The position numbers were made by a program, and so were the translations under genes. Shown piece after piece: positions 17,376 through 19,198 of a stretch of 19,198 nt of DNA. The notes below the pieces were generated by a model that worked only from the letters and a program-made list of their open reading frames with translations, ran no database searches and had not been told where the DNA came from. Within the stretch, counting starts at the first letter, position 1; every line of letters begins with the position of its first letter. This DNA comes from Candidatus Bipolaricaulia bacterium. Its GTDB lineage: Bacteria > Bipolaricaulota > Bipolaricaulia > JBHIAT01. The stretch lies in assembly GCA_046758705.1 (NCBI GenBank), contig JBHIAT010000059.1, positions 1 to 19,198 on the forward strand, written 5' to 3'.

Positions 17376-17747
17376 CTAATCGATTTGGCGAATCTCGATA
17401 TTGGCAGCGCTGTCGATCGTTTTGAACGCCTGTGGGTCTTTGACTTTACCGATCACGGTGACGTCGGAAGCCGCCTTCGGTTTATCCCCAGTGCTCGCCG
17501 GGGTTGGTCCGTAAAAGATGCAGAACCCCCGGCCGGGAGGCCAGTAGGCAAGATCGCCGACCTCAACCTCCTGCTTCGGCTTCTCGTTCTCCAGTTTGAC
17601 CGGGATCTCGAAGTAGATCTCCTCGCCCCAGAAGTTCCCCGAAGCCTGGATCGGAAGCGCTTCATAGATCCACTTGGCCGTTTGGGTATCGTTGAGCTCG
17701 GCCGCGAAGATCTGCTCGTCGATCATGATCTCGATCTGCTTTCCCAT
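17376..17747 (-). CDS. Cyclophilin-like fold protein (TM1367/DUF369 type)
   Basis: ALP, WGEEIYFEIPV, GDLAYWPPGRGFCIFYGPTP, VTVIGKV. SD GGAGGTGA at 17757-17764. Confidence 0.85.
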   Translation of the reverse strand: MGKQIEIMIDEQIFAAELNDTQTAKWIYEALPIQASGNFWGEEIYFEIPVKLENEKPKQEVEVGDLAYWPPGRGFCIFYGPTPASTGDKPKAASDVTVIGKVKDPQAFKTIDSAANIEIRQID

Positions 17748-17768
17748 CTCGCTGGTTCACCTCCGTTT

Positions 17769-18692
17769 CTACACCTGCACCTGGCCCCACGCCTCCTGGA
17801 ACACTCGCTTGGCATTGGCGATGACGATCTGTGGAGGCTCGTCCGGCAGAGGCTTGACCTCGAACCCGACGAACGGCTTCGTCTTGCTACCCAAGAACCC
17901 GATCTCGAACAGAGTTTCCAGGTACTCGACCACCTCGGGGACGTCGTTCTCACCGTCCTCGATGCCGAACCGGGGGTGCTGGTCTCCGTAAGCGGGGTGG
18001 TCTGGATTTCGCATCACACAGTTGCTGATGTGGGCATGGACCAGATGGTCCTTGGCGGTATGAAGCGCTTCGGCGATCGTTTCGTGCTGGATTGGGATAT
18101 GACCGAGGTCGAGCATCAGGCCGAAGTTCGGATGTTCGTTGCGCACCACCTCGGAGACCCGGACGCCGTCGGCGTTCGGACCGATGAGCGACTTCTTCTC
18201 GATGTCGGGATCGAAGGTCTCAAGGGTGATCCCCAGGTTGCCTTCCGATTCCGCGTACGCGCAGATCTGGTTCAGGGAGTCGATCAACAGCTCGATCTGT
18301 TCCTCCCGCGCTCCGGGATCGGCTGGCGCCGGTCCGCTGAGCAACGTCATTCGGCCGGCTCCAAGCTCGTACGCTTGATCCACAGCCTGCTTCAACACCT
18401 CGATCGCCTGCGCTCGTTTGTCAGGATCCGGATCGTTAGGGTTGTGACCTCCCAAGAGGACGATCGGCTGAGCTCCGAAGCCGACCTTAACATGGGCACG
18501 ACGAAGCAGAAAGGCCGCTTCGCGACGGACGGACGCATCGTTGATCGGACCGACCTCGACCGCGGTGAAGAACGGATCTTCTGCGATCTCCGTCAGGGTT
18601 TCAATGATCGGTCCGTTCCCACGGATCACCTCCGGATAGGCCATGAAATGGACGATGCTGAGCTCAAAGTAGTTTTGGTACGGTTCGTTCAC
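17769..18692 (-). CDS. Xylose-isomerase-like TIM-barrel sugar (acid/phosphate) isomerase/epimerase
   Basis: Metal-ligand pattern ITLETFD / MLDLGH / HAHISN / GFEVKP, plus AYELGA. GTG start preceded by GGGGAG. Confidence 0.82.
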   Translation of the reverse strand: MNEPYQNYFELSIVHFMAYPEVIRGNGPIIETLTEIAEDPFFTAVEVGPINDASVRREAAFLLRRAHVKVGFGAQPIVLLGGHNPNDPDPDKRAQAIEVLKQAVDQAYELGAGRMTLLSGPAPADPGAREEQIELLIDSLNQICAYAESEGNLGITLETFDPDIEKKSLIGPNADGVRVSEVVRNEHPNFGLMLDLGHIPIQHETIAEALHTAKDHLVHAHISNCVMRNPDHPAYGDQHPRFGIEDGENDVPEVVEYLETLFEIGFLGSKTKPFVGFEVKPLPDEPPQIVIANAKRVFQEAWGQVQV

Positions 18693-18716
18693 CGTGGATC
18701 TCCCCTCTAGCCAACC

Positions 18717-18744
18717 ATTATGATAATCTTGCCGAAAATGTCAA
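18717..18744 (-). promoter_or_regulatory. Putative sigma70 promoter (TTGACA-N16-CATAAT) for the TIM-barrel operon
   Basis: Perfect -35 at 18739-18744 and -10 at 18717-18722. The -10 is overlapped by the inverted repeat ATTAT-G-ATAAT (18717-18727). Confidence 0.65.
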
Positions 18745-18862
18745 ACGAACTGGGACAACCACTGGGCGATCCCACGGTCCATCCCCCGCTTTCAGACAAG
18801 GCCCTCGAATGCCTCTTCGATATTCAGGGTCTTGCCCTCATCCAGATTGTGTAGGGATTCCT

Positions 18863-19132
18863 CTAGGAGGTTCTCCCGAGGCGGCGTCCGCTCCAGCGAA
18901 AGGTAACTCCGGAACCTGCAATCTTTTTCATCGCCTCCAAGACCGTGTCGCTGGGCTTTCCATAAATCTCGAAGCTGACGATCTCCATGAACTCGTACGC
19001 CTTCTTTGCTATTTCGCCAACCCCTTGCATGTGCAACTCCATAGACTTCGCATCGGGGAAGATATGTACGACACTCACCTCGGTGCCGTCCTCGTTGACG
19101 TAGGCGAGATGGGCGACCGTTAGGTTTTGTTG
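18863..19132 (-). pseudogene. N-terminally truncated fragment of a small ABM-like (dimeric alpha/beta barrel) protein
   Basis: The frame is open upstream of the annotated GTG (..VAHLAYVNEDGTEVSVVHIFPDAKSMELHM..EIYGKPSD..GSGV) but is closed by TGA at 19133-19135, with no in-frame ATG/GTG before the conserved-looking part. The family assignment is from recall only. Confidence 0.5.
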
Positions 19133-19154
19133 TCATGTTCCAAAGTTATTATCG

Positions 19155-19185
19155 GTCAATACACCGGACTTCAGTCCGCGTGGAC
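19155..19185. repeat. Imperfect palindrome, REP-like or terminator-like hairpin
   Basis: GTC-AATA-CAC-CGGAC-TTCA-GTCCG-C-GTG-GAC, followed by a pyrimidine run on the + strand. Confidence 0.55.
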
Positions 19186-19198
19186 TTTCTCCTCTTTC

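Noticed and set aside
17385-18710. 441-aa plus-strand ORF spanning two minus-strand genes
   Set aside because: Antisense shadow. The minus-strand genes have clear family motifs, SD sites and a promoter.
18749-18774. ACTGGG x2 and a TGGG-CGAT-CCCA mini-palindrome upstream of the -35
   Set aside because: Too short to distinguish from chance in GC-rich DNA.
1-19198. CRISPR array, tRNA/rRNA, integrase or defence genes
   Set aside because: No repeat-spacer periodicity, RNA-gene signatures or recombinase/nuclease motifs were seen by eye. A covariance-model scan was not run.

Overview
Bacterial window with GC-rich flanks (sampled 60-nt lines 55-65% GC) and a sharply bounded lower-GC block (sampled lines 28-50% GC) at about 9.22-16.29 kb. 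The left flank holds grpE (5'-truncated)-dnaK-dnaJ, a divergent rdgB / CoA-type Nudix pair, and a coupled S45 acylase-S9 peptidase pair. The low-GC block is one six-gene minus-strand operon: PPi-type pfk, uxaE, uxuB, HAD-family enzyme, LarA/GntE-type nickel-pincer epimerase, gnd. It reads as a hexuronate -> mannonate -> (6-phospho)gluconate -> pentose phosphate route with no dehydratase and no recognisable sugar-acid kinase; the HAD gene sits where a kinase is expected. The block is flanked by a 6-bp direct repeat (GATATT) and has its own sigma70-like promoter. Removing it in silico rejoins an extended -10 promoter to the S45 start codon. The right flank holds a TIM-barrel epimerase / cyclophilin-like / 2-hydroxyacid dehydrogenase operon, a gene-fragment mosaic and a REP-like hairpin. 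No rRNA, tRNA, CRISPR, integrase or transposase was seen. All calls come from motif recognition by eye; no database search was run.
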